The notes beneath the pieces were generated by a model, which saw nothing but the letters and a program-made list of their open reading frames with translations, was not told where the DNA came from and did not search any database. From Tubulanus polymorphus (Eukaryota; Animalia; Nemertea), in the NCBI RefSeq assembly GCF_964204645.1, contig NC_134029.1:18966950-19030949 (forward strand): 64,000 nucleotides of DNA, in the 5' to 3' direction. A program made the translations under genes and the position numbers. Shown here one piece after another: positions 53,235 through 64,000 of the stretch (the stretch's first letter is position 1; each line of letters opens with the position of its first letter).

Positions 53235-56200
53235 GTATGTATCGACCATCTTTATCGTCTATTTCTCGTATAGCGGTTTGCGCGGTTTTCTCTTCCCCCA
53301 ATTCCCTCATTTCTGTCGGTTTAACTCGGTACATTTACGATGCTCTGCTACAATAATTGTGGTCAGTTCCTCCGCATTTGTTGTTTTCCTCGGGGCTGTT
53401 CATCTTTTTGCGATAAACGCGAAGATTTCTCGGAACTACTCCCTATTGCTAATCTGCAGTCTCGGAATTTGAATTTCGTGGATTTAATTCCTAATTTTTG
53501 GTCGAATGCCGTTTATTTCGGTAAGAGTAACGAGTTCTTCGAAATTCTGTCTCAACGCTGAAACTACCGATCGATCGGATTTCATGCGTTTAATCCTCAT
53601 ATCAAAATCTGATAAAAGCAAGATTTCATTTCTAATAATCCTCCGCTAAATTAATCCCTGCGCTCTAATCCGCACTCGACTGAGTTGATAGTTTGTAGTT
53701 GATCCATTGTATTATGCTGGGGTGATGTAATGAATCAGTTTCAGCTGTTTATAATATTGATTTAAAAGAAATCTTAAGTTTATCTTGATTCATTTTCTTT
53801 CAAATATGTTTAAACCCTTCCGTGTGATATCCATTCGTGTAGGTATCAGGGTTACCCTTAGTTCCTTTCTGGCTCATCTTAATCATTTTTCCTGATGATT
53901 TTTTCGCGGTATTTTCTCTATTCTGGAGTAAATCGAGAAATAAGTATATATCAAAGGGCAGTTGATCAAAGTTTTAAAAAAAAGAAGTCACTATATATTG
54001 TATTTATCCGATTGTTAACTTGGAGCCCAGTCCGGATCCGGCTTCACAAAAGTGATTAATCACTAAATTGGGTGAAGAAAAACTGAATTTAATTAAGAAA
54101 TTAAATCGATTTCGAATTAAATTTGTTAATCTAAACAGTCGGAGTCAAAAGGGCAGTTGGGTAGCCCAAATTTCAACAAAATGGGGCTTGAAGGGCATAC
54201 CCAGAAGATTTTTATGCCTGTAAATGCCATGTTGAGGCACCTGAGAGAGAGTGGCATTCTCTCCTGTAAGAAATAACGACAACAGCGTTGCAGACGGTAC
54301 AAGATGCTGGTGGGCGCAGTGACAACGATGATCGATCGATTCAAAATCGCGTGGTAAGAACATATACGTACTCATCGTGATGGCAGCGCTGACAAGCGGG
54401 AAGCAATCACCGCGCAGAAAAACGTGATTTTGAAGAGAAAAAAACTTCAGGACCCGAAAAGGGGGCCAGCCTTCCCTCTTCCGATGGCATTGTTTACGAA
54501 ACAGGACATGAATAGTAAACCGAGGTTTTCACCCGTTACGATACCTCCGCACTCAATAATTATCTACGGAAACTATTTCGGAGTACGTAAATGTTCTCGC
54601 TACACGTCGAAGAAGAAGAGAAATGTCGGGTTCGTTTTACCGCAGGCATTTTCATAGAATACCGATCACGGCGCTACATGAAATTAAGCCGTCTTCGTCG
54701 TCGTCGTCGCGAGAGAGATACCGAACCACGCCGACGACGTCTATCGATTATAGGGGTGAAGAAAATCCTCGCAGTTACTTTACCAGTGCTTTGTTTGAAA
54801 GGCGTACTTAATGGAAAAAATTCTCGACTAAAATGGCGAATCGATAATATCGCGAAAATATCCCTTACGCATACGCGTGCCAGAATGTTCCCGACTATAA
54901 TCCACGTTCAATCGAAAATGACTGCAAAAAATCTTGGGTTTGGTTTCATGGACCGGTATCACCTTTAACCCGTGGTCTTACTCGATTCATTATCAATTGA
55001 GTAAGCCCGCGGGTTTAAGGTAATACCAGTAAAACCTATAAAACCTGTAATACCTATATAACCGGGCCCCGGTTAATAAAAAATGTTTGAAATATTATCA
55101 GTATTTAACTAGATCTGAGGGTCTTACAAAATACTTTCAGAGCAGATTATTAAAAAGGGAACATTCCGGCAGCGCCCTTTTGACCCCGATCCTGAATTTA
55201 ATTGAATTACTCATTAGGAAATGTGTTATATTTCATATAGTCCATTGCTTCAGTTGAATTGATCTATGAATAATTGATATACCCCCCCCCCCCCATAGAT
55301 AAATGCTGATTAGATTTCATTTGAAATGAGTTAACGATTTAAATGAAACACCGGCTGACACAATGACGACACAATGACGCTGTCGTCGATTGCGAGAGGA
55401 TGGAGCATCGACTGCCGCAGTAGGTTCCGTCAGCCGCCCCATTGAATATTCACGTTGTGTATGAATCATGGTACCAGCTTGGAGTACTCCCAGTATATAT
55501 AGGACTAGTATGGCATATTTATTCGGTGGTTAAATCCATAAGCCGCTATCGGTTAATTACTTGTATCGAACTAAAAGGAAAAGCCAGGGGAATAGGTTCA
55601 TTCGACTGGGGCTCCTTTGTAGCGCATTGCGGATGTTCAGAATAGGAAATTGTGGCCACTATTTCTATGGAAATTTCAGCGGCAAATAGATATTGAACAT
55701 ATGGCGTGCTTTCTCTCGTCAAATCTTATGAATAACGACAGAAAAATTGTGATTTCTGTAATGAGTTCTTTTGCCTTTACCATGAACTTTTACTGAGTTA
55801 ATTCAAAAATTTACTTTTTTGGCTGTATTCATTGTTAGCTTTTAGTTTTCGGTAATACTGTATTCAAACATAACTTGAATCTTGGAACTCCATTGCGAAC
55901 TGATAACCGATAGCCCGGAAACAATATTATTGTTATGGCACCCAGTAATTCGTTGAGCTTTTGAAAACTACGCCAGATATTTAACCCCACGAATAATTGC
56001 TCGCAAAGTTTTTTTCTCAAAGAGTTAGCTCTCAAAGTTTATTTTATACTACATATTTTATACTGTGCGTGTTTGTGCACCTGAACACATGCGCGAAGCA
56101 TACCTCAGCTATGAGTAAACGACATAAATTTAGTCAGAGTTAAAAATCTTCAAATCCCAGTGATCTCAAGTGCTACTTACACACAACCATCTGTTTTCAG

Positions 56201-56486
56201 TAAATACCAGCTCGCCCGATTCTTTATTACCTTACTGATTAGAAATCCCGTACCGAGCCACTGAGCTTGCCAAAGAGCTGCTTCGGAAAGTATTTCAATC
56301 CACTCCGCATCTTGAACAGCCAAAACTGAAGTGCTCCGGATTTTTGGTTTACCTTTGTTAGCGATAGGCAGTTTATTTTACTACAAATTAATTCATTGAA
56401 AAAATACAAGATAAAATAGAACTTTGAACTCAAGAATTAAAAAGATTTTTCGTAAGCAATGCCCTCGCTCAAAACAAGCTCCAGTT

Positions 56487-56771
56487 TTCCAACTCAACAA
56501 GTCGCCATATTTATGTGAACATATCGCATCAAGTCGTCATGAATACGACGTTTTCACGACAAAATTCATGAATGAAGACAGGTCGACATGAAAGATGAGG
56601 GTGCCAGTGATATGACGACTGAGTTTCAAGTCGTCATGAATATGTCGACTTGTCGTAAGGAAAATGGTCGAGAAAACGAATTATGTCATCAAAACGTCAC
56701 GATATGTCGACATGTTTATGTCGACTTGACGCGATATATCGACATAAATATGGCGACTTGTCGAGTTGGAA
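56487..56771. mobile_element. Palindromic MITE, inserted at the end of another repeat also present at ~59255-59325
   Basis: 30-bp near-perfect inverse TTCCAACTCAACAAGTCGCCATATTTATGT / ACATAAATATGGCGACTTGTCGAGTTGGAA. Confidence 0.8.
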
Positions 56772-58548
56772 CGGGACAACTCGAGGCCCTTTATCGCTTC
56801 CGTACAAAATGTATATACATTGACGTAATTGCGTTTGCATTTTCATAGCATTCTAACAAGTGTCGCATATAAAAAAATCCTCATATTGATTCACTACTAT
56901 TACATTGCGGGATTTCTGACATGTAGATACTTCTTTTCTACAAAAATCTGACAGTATATCTGAAATGTACGCGCGACATCGATGGACGTTCGCATTCGAG
57001 GTCAAGGTCATGTTGAGGAGACGTGCTCGGAGTCATGTACCCCCTGCGTACTCCTCTATCGGATGCGGAGAGATGTGAATGACATGTAATTTGGTATATA
57101 AACCATCGATTATATCGACTGCTACTGGAATACACGTTCGCTAGTCGGAGTGTTCGGTAATCCGCGTAATCCTCGTACGCAGTTGACGAAAACGTCTAGC
57201 GCATTCGGATTGTTGCAATTCACTGCTCAATCTAGATAACTATATAGATTGTTTGGAGATTTTTTCGAGGACTTTTTATGGTTATTGTGTGGGGTGTTTC
57301 ATGTTGATGCGATGATTCTTTCGTTCTAAATTATGTTCGGAAGGTTTTAGCATAGTTTAGATATGAATGATTACAAGGAGGCATTAGATTTAGTATGAGA
57401 AAATCTTAACTAAATGAAATAAAAACGTGGCGCATCAGCCATATTGCTTCGATGTGGAAGATAGTTCTGTGAGAAATTAGTGAATTGAGGTTGTTCCTCT
57501 GTTAAGGAACATGATCTATCATTAATATTATTGACAAGTAACGCTAATGTGTTTACGTCTCCACATCACCCAACCCGGCAGAGACAGTTTTTTTGTGCTA
57601 GTATTGAATATTTCTCAAAATCTACTCCATCTTGTCATTATCTGGACTCGGCTCTCAATCTTCCTCTACTCTACCACCCAAAACTTGATCGACTATATTG
57701 TGTTGCTATGTCTACTATTATTTTACATTTTTTGGTTTACCTTTGTCAGCAGTATGAGGTTGGCATTGAGCCAATTCATGTAAAATCGCGGTACGTTTTT
57801 TTATGTGAGCATTTTTTGCATTGGTTCTCGGGTTAAACGACGTATAATCGATGCGATTGAAGACATGACGAACCTCCGTCGATGACATGGTCAACTCTGT
57901 TTAAATTCGACGAAAAACTGTTTTTGGCGGGAAAATTCTTAGCTCTTGCGTATAAAATTGCAATGACCTCGATTGGGGGGCGTCGTCTCTACGAGCGAAT
58001 GTGATTGGCTGTTTTTGGGATACACGGGGAATTCCGGCCCTACTAAAATAATTATGGGGAAGCCATTTATGGCGAACGTTTCATTGGACTAAGTGCGAAT
58101 TTTAAATGCTCATTGCTGGTGAGAATATAATTATTTCACATATCGCCATAGGTATTGTTTCGTTTTAATACCCATTGATTGAGATTGAAGTGAAGCGAGC
58201 GTTCACTACACAAGGCCTCCACGTGCGCGGGACGGGAGTGCTAAACATTAGACTGTTGCACACACAAACACACGCTCATACAGACTACTATATGGAGATG
58301 CTGTAACGCTGCTTGGCGCGTGCACGTTTTGTATGATAACAGGCTTAATAATCGTCATAGCAGAAGATGAGCGCTGTGTTTTCTGTTTGATAGAAGTTGT
58401 AAGAAATTGTAATTTCTTGTGACCTGAAAATACTAAGCAGCAAACTATAGGTATAGGTCGAGGTCTGAATATTGTAGCGGTAAATTCCAGGATTCAAAAC
58501 GATCTAATACTACGCCCCGGTGTTTTAGCTTCCGCGGCCATACATTGG

Positions 58549-59006
58549 CAGGCGCCGATCCAGGGCCATACAGTGACTACAGCACAGTGAAAAAGGGCAC
58601 CAACTGAAAAGGGCCAGTATTAATGCCCAGCGAGCGAGTTTGAGTTTGAGCGCAATCGTATCATGCCACTAAATGTGTCTTCACATTCAATTCGCTTTTA
58701 GCCTTTTTTAGGTATTTGGTCAAAATTTGCCATTTCTCGATTAAATTTATAGAGCGACAATAATTTATTTTTTAGAATAGTGCCCTTTTGAGTAAAAAAT
58801 GCCTTAGATTGCCTTTTATGATTTTGGGCAATTTATTTCATCCACATTTCGCTTTAGGCCTTGTACAGAAAGGCAATTATTTTTTATGACGCACAAATTG
58901 TGTGCCCTTTTATTTACTTTTTTCCCGAAACATAAATTTTTCAAGGGCATTTGAAAACTGCGACTACCGCACGTGCTGCATGTGCGATAGTCTGGATCCG
59001 CACCTG
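58549..59006. mobile_element. CA..TG (hAT-like) MITE with exact 5-bp TSD
   Basis: TIR CAGGCGCCGATCCAG / CTGGATCCGCACCTG (2 mismatches), ATTGG on both flanks; internal AAAAGGGCAC / GTGCCCTTTT repeats. Confidence 0.8.
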
Positions 59007-59540
59007 ATTGGAAGAGGTTTCGTTTCCAAGACTCAATATTCAGCCACCCTCTGATATGTGACATCATTTGAATTTTATTTGAATATTTTTTCATATTGTG
59101 AAATTATTTTTTTTAAATATAAAATAGTTTCCAATGCCGCGTCTATCTGTACCCTACGAAATTTTGGACGTAGACCATAAACAAATGTTTATCTTTGGTC
59201 TTATTTGACTACAAAATAATTCTTTAAGAAAGATAAAATACAATATAAACTTCTAGAACTTTGAAGTCACGAATTAAAAAGATTTTTTCAAGCAATGCCC
59301 TTACTCCAAACAACCTCTAGCTTTCAAGGTAAACCACACTTTGCCCATGGGCAATTTATTTTGTCATGAATGCATTTGAAACTAAAAGCGTAAACATAAT
59401 TATCATTATAGGAAGTCGCCTGTGCGGTGGTTTCCCTTTCCTAGTAAAGCGTCAGATTTGTTGATACTCGTAAATGTATTCAGGGTTTTTAAATCAGTAT
59501 AAACTAAACTGCATTAACGAATGAACCATTTTCATTGCAG

Positions 59541-59622
59541 ATCAACAGTTTCCCATAGAGTTGGGCGTTGTTGAAAAAGACCATGATTTTCTCGACCGAG
59601 ACCAGCTACAGTCATTATTCAG
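59541..59622 (+). CDS. DLC1/STARD13: Internal exon, SAM domain continuation: (D)QQFPIELGVVEKDHDFLDRDQLQSLF(R)
   Basis: Matches family motif FPIDISLVKREHDFLDRDAIEALCR. Acceptor ttcattgcAG, donor AG|GTAAGG; 82 nt, phase 1-2, in frame with the previous exon. Not in the ORF track. Confidence 0.95.
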
Positions 59623-59701
59623 GTAAGGTTCGTGGAGCAGTTGCAAAACACACGTTTGTCCATCTAGCTGATCATTTGATCATGAATAAAAAGGAGTTCA
59701 T

Positions 59702-59904
59702 TGCCGGGCATAGGTCAGCCTTGCGAGGGCTTGCGATTCACTGCGACGCGACTCACTGCGACCGCGACCGTCGCAACCAACCTACGCGGTCTTGCGACTG
59801 GCAGTAACTAGTCGCACACAGTCACTGACAATCGCGTCGCAACCGACTTACGCCCCCACTTTCGACGCAACGTGACAATCGCAAGGTCAACCTGCACCCT
59901 GGCT
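59702..59904. mobile_element. Harbinger-type palindromic MITE (TCGCA/TGCGA-rich)
   Basis: GCCGGGCATAGGTCAGCCTTGCGA vs TCGCAAGGTCAACCTGCACCCTGGC; related sequence at ~45260-45475. Confidence 0.7.
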
Positions 59905-60040
59905 TTAAGCTCAGTGAGATAAGGCGTGATGCAGTTGTATCCGCTGTCAGTGCTGAGTGACAAGTGGGTTCGAGTCCTGCTGGTTGCTTTCAGTGTGCGG
60001 GCAACACTTCAAAGGCCGTCCCGTCGTGAGGTTAAATGAA
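59905..60040 (+). mobile_element. tRNA-derived SINE head
   Basis: A-box-like AGCTCAGTGAG at 59908, B-box GGTTCGAGTCC at 59967-59977, followed by non-tRNA body. Confidence 0.6.
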
Positions 60041-61098
60041 TAATCCAAGGGGGTTAGTCTTGGGAAAACCTAGATCCAAGCGACGTAAAGCCAAAAACAA
60101 GTCGGGTGCTTGACTTACATTACCGAGCCACATGTTCATACCTGAAGTCGGATCAAAGATGAGATATAATCTAGGTCCAAGAAATCGAAGGAAAAGGCGT
60201 ATTTCTCGGTTTTTAGAAATAAGATCCCTAGGTAAGGTAATTTTCGCGAATCTGGAAAGGAACATGTCTTAGTAAAGAAGTGAAGATTTCCGTTGTCTCG
60301 TGTTGCGTCGCGACAAAATAACAGATTTTTTTCAATGACAGCCTTTTTTCCTGTATCTATCCAGGGACATCGATCATCGTAAACATGATTTCTGTTTACG
60401 TACGTCCCATCCCAATTTTAGGATTGCCGCCTCTTTTTTTTTCGTTCGTGTTATAATGTCCAGATATCTCGACGGTAATCGACCGGATATCTCGTGTGGG
60501 TTTTCCGGCATTGTAAATATAGGAATTAATTTAACCGTAAAAATCGTGGCTCTCCCGTGACGAATCCGTTGACCGATTACCGAACAATCCCGACGCCGAT
60601 GTTGACATGCTGACTAGCAGCCGGAGAAAAGATAACTCGATGAATAGCATGAAAGGGCAAGATGTTGTGAATGGATTTGCGTGGTATATCATGTTCGGTT
60701 TTCGATTTCTCGAAACCCTATACCGTATTCTAGCAAAAATAAATTTTTCTCGTGAGGTAGAGAGTTTGTAGAATAGGGTGACCAAGATTCTGAAAAACTG
60801 GGAACTGTTTTCTCTCAGAGGGTGGGGGTTATACAGGAATTCAATGAAATTTGATAAATCTCTGAAAAACAGAACACGTATTTTCCCGCGAATTGTGTTT
60901 CTTTCCCTAATTACGTTCCCAATCTCTTTCATCAACATTACGACTGTAAAATCTAAATTTTATCAAATTCCTATAGAAATAGATCGGCTGAAAGTCAAAA
61001 TATTTGCTGGATAACAACTCTCTGGTCTTTCCTACCGATGTTCATTACAACACGGGAAAAGTTCATATTTTTAACGGGAACACCCGAGTAAAACCCAG

Positions 61099-61206
61099 GA
61101 CCTGGTTTGATAGACTGGTCTTAACTTTAACCCGGGGCTATCTCATATCTTTTTCGATTTAGTTAATCCCAGGGTTAAAGATAATACCAGTCTATAAAAC
61201 CGGCCC
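61099..61206. mobile_element. Harbinger-type palindromic MITE (CWG target)
   Basis: GGTTT.ATAGACTGGT..TTTAACCC / GGGTTAAA..ACCAGTCTAT.AAACC, CAG flanks; relative at ~54940-55035. Confidence 0.7.
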
Positions 61207-61973
61207 CAGGGAATTAGGAAGTGGCTGGATTGTGGTCACCCTGTGTAGGTTGTATTTTAGTCGTCATAAGTTGGCTAAACGTTTGCCGGTGGAACAATTG
61301 TTAATTCTTGGCCGTACCCGGCATAGGGGATGACAACCGCAATTTCCAACGACCGCAAATTACAACACAATGGACTTCAAAGTAAATGTATAAATAATGG
61401 TATTTCGGATAGGAAAATTTAGTTCCCATGAAAAACGCTTTTTCCCGCTAATTTTACTCGATTCTCGGAAAAATATCGTGTAGCTGTTCTCGGCACGAGT
61501 ATCGATCACGTTTTTCCAGTAATCACGATTATTCCTCGTATGCCACGCATTTTCATATCGATAACAATACGTCGCCGGCGGGGGCGACAGATCGCTGATT
61601 ATTAATTATGAGATGGACGACGAATCGAACTGCCAAATAGAAACGGAGGTCCGGACGGCGTAAATTGGATGCGCGGCATAATTCCCGGCTACCACTGAGG
61701 TTGCGCGAGAAAAATATCCCTGGCTTTGATCATCTCATGAAATGAAAACATGACAACATGTTGACGACGAAATTCCGAGAAATTTCGTCATCGTCTTCAT
61801 CAGGTTTTTTTATCATTCATTTCTATTCTCGATCGTCATCAAGGGAATGACAGTTTTGGAAAGCTATAAAAAAGAAAGTGGAAGGAGCACTAGAATTTTT
61901 TATTCGCAAAGGAGTCATTGTTCATGCTATATAGCTTTAGACTAACCAGGAGCCCTTCGTAATTGAGTCCATT

Positions 61974-62240
61974 GCCGCGATCGCACAAGTATTTTTGGCC
62001 CAAGTTAGCCATTTAAACGGGTGACAAATTTCGTCGAACAATAACGTCAGTCCAGGTCATGCTACATTTTATCACCGGTCAAATTATTACCTATAAACTG
62101 GTTTTGGAAGTGACTCACATTGCATAAGCATTGTTAAGTATGAGTGAGTGGTTTATGTGTGAACGCGCTCTCTAATTAGGCGCGGGCCAAATTTGAATCT
62201 GGTCTGATCCAAACCTATCCGAACCTATCCAAATTGTCTC
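61974..62240 (+). mobile_element. MITE family A copy
   Basis: Left TIR GCCGCGATCGCAC and core GTGAACGCGCTCTCTAATTAGGC. Confidence 0.8.
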
Positions 62241-63074
62241 TATGGGGCCCATGAGGTCAGAGTTTGTCCTATATAAGTGTCACCACAGTTAGGGCAGTGA
62301 TGCTCTTTTTAAGTGTAAGACGCTGGATTGCCCATTCTCACGTGTCCACGTCTTTTCTGCCATTAATTTTCAAACTTGAGGCTTCAGTACTTATTCAATT
62401 TTTAAACTTGAGAGTACTTATTGAATATTGTTCCAGCATCTACTTACCGTATATGTTATCCATAAGAGTAGTTTTTTAGTTAACATGTAGGTACGCTCTA
62501 TGTCGCGGTTATATTGCGCAATTGATGCCAAGTATAAATATAGAATCGTCTTTTTTTATCTCGTCATTCCCGATGGGTGTGGTCTGATGTATTTTGTATG
62601 TAAAGATGCATTGAAATGAACGCGACAGAAATAGAAAATAACTTCACACGTAGGTACCGGGTATTTGAAGGCTGACAGTATTTCACGTCCCTCGTCCGAT
62701 GTATTCATTTCGGTTTATAACGAGAGTTTTAATTAGATTTAATCAATCAAATTGTAAGTAAAGCCGGGGTTTAAGATCAACGTTGTATCGGTGACTGGCT
62801 TTCCGCTGACTGCTGACGACCGACTGTCACGAGCTTTGTATCGTCCATTCTAGTAGATCCGAGTCCACCTATCACAATAGGCAACAGTTGGCAACTGTTC
62901 CTGATTTTCAGTATTCGGTACTACTCTATAACGAGAAATACTGATTTCTTTTGGTTGATGCATACAGAAATATCTAAGATGTTACTGAGAGTCTGACTGT
63001 GGATTACTGATTTATTCGAACATTTCCCTTCATATATCAATGACAATGAGATTTTACTGAAGAAATAATTATAA

Positions 63075-63450
63075 GAACGCAACTATCACAATCTTCATGA
63101 TGATAATGAGTTTATTTACATGTTCAAACGTTTCGATCGATTTCGACTCATCTCTTCGAGTCCTTTTCAAGAAATGACATGACAAGATACAAACTATGTA
63201 TAGTATACTGTTACTAATTACAGAGAATATCATGCAGGCGTGAAGTGGCCTAGTTTACAAAGTACAAATGGATTATAAACATATCAAAATACGTTCAGTA
63301 AAAATGAGACACCATGTGTGGAAAGTTGTTTGTTAATACTTGGTTTTTTGGATTTTATATATAATGCCTCTTCGATGGTGATTTCAAAGTCATTTTTTCC
63401 AGAATCAACGAATCGTTTTTCTTGGATGAATCAATTATCAAACTGAAAAC
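63075..63450 (-). mobile_element. 5'-truncated Penelope-like retroelement: GIY-YIG endonuclease C-terminus plus pLTR with hammerhead motif
   Basis: Minus strand 63412-63284 translates FVDSGKNDFEITIEEALYIKSKKPSINKQLSTHGVSFLLNVF*, the typical PLE end (E-AL-I...P-LN-Q). It is followed by a hammerhead-like fold (63180-63121) and AATAAA. Confidence 0.8.
63121..63180 (-). ncRNA. Minimal type I hammerhead ribozyme motif (U3-A8 variant)
   Basis: TTTC-TTGAAAA-G-GACTC-gaagagat-GAGTC-GAAA-TCGA-TC-GAAA: 5-bp stem II, palindromic stem III ATCGAT, 4-bp stem I. Confidence 0.55.
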
Positions 63451-64000
63451 TGGAATGATATATGAGTAGAAAAATGAATTTAAAGTGTATATGTTCGGTG
63501 GGTGCTGTGATATGTTCGGATTTGGGCATAAAAATTCAGTCCAAAGTTCATTAAAATTCTGTTCAAAGTTCATCGAAAATGAAGTAATTTTGACTAGGTA
63601 AGAGTGCTCGTCACGCCATCTGGTGGGATAACTGGTCTCGCAGTATCCTCATTAAACGAGCGTTCCCGTCGGTCTAGACGTGATCAGGTATCAAAAAAGT
63701 TCTATCGACATTCGGTATTATTTTCTGATTAGTTCGGATAGTTCGCTAACGCCTGATTTCGAACTGAAACTAATAAAACCTGTCCGACCTCGACCGGGGG
63801 GGGGGGGAGGGGGGGGGGTAAAACGAGACCGAACTCATCGGGCGAACCGCGTCATAAACAAGCTGTTTTTGTTTTCGATGTCGCGACGTCGTCGTCTGGC
63901 AGTCGTTCGATTCGGGATCACGAGAGATCGGCTTTGGCGAAACGCGGCGAAATCGTAGAAAATCTCTGTGTACCCAACATGTCGGCGGCGCGCGCGAGAC

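Noticed and set aside
53235-53356. Continuation of ORF 53150-53356 past the SAM motif
   Set aside because: Homology stops at the GTATGT donor; the remainder is intron read-through.
54294-54353. 60-nt cassette exon candidate (ttgcAG...GTG|GTAAGA) between the SAM exons
   Set aside because: Poor pyrimidine tract, and it introduces a TGA in the required frame; no homology.
59905-59990. Functional tRNA gene
   Set aside because: No proper cloverleaf and the 5' end is disrupted; treated as a SINE head.
59623-64000. Next DLC-family exon (RLNTLN..)
   Set aside because: No matching peptide behind an acceptor was found; it presumably lies beyond the window.

Overview
Eukaryotic, animal-like genomic DNA (probably an invertebrate), almost all intronic. 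The only host gene I can support is a DLC1/STARD13/crossveinless-c type SAM-RhoGAP-START gene on the + strand. Two short internal exons (53163-53234, 59541-59622) encode its SAM domain. Two candidate alternative first coding exons (12740-12842 and 49596/49620-49698) each end in a phase-1 GTAAGT donor that splices in frame to the SAM exon. The RhoGAP and START exons are not in the window. The introns are full of short non-autonomous transposons: about 20 copies of one PIF/Harbinger-type MITE, 5+1 piggyBac-type TTAA MITEs, CA..TG elements with 5- and 6-bp TSDs, a Tc1/mariner-type MITE, Helitron-like ends and tRNA-derived SINE heads. There are also Penelope-like retroelement remnants carrying minimal hammerhead ribozyme motifs. 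Nearly all ORFs in the supplied track look spurious. I found no clear-cut new multi-gene system. The best leads are the alternative N-termini (one with a Cys-Cys lipidation-like motif), the hammerhead motifs, a three-superfamily transposon nest and repeat-borne CTCF-like motifs. All alignments were done by eye, and boundaries of degenerate repeats are approximate.
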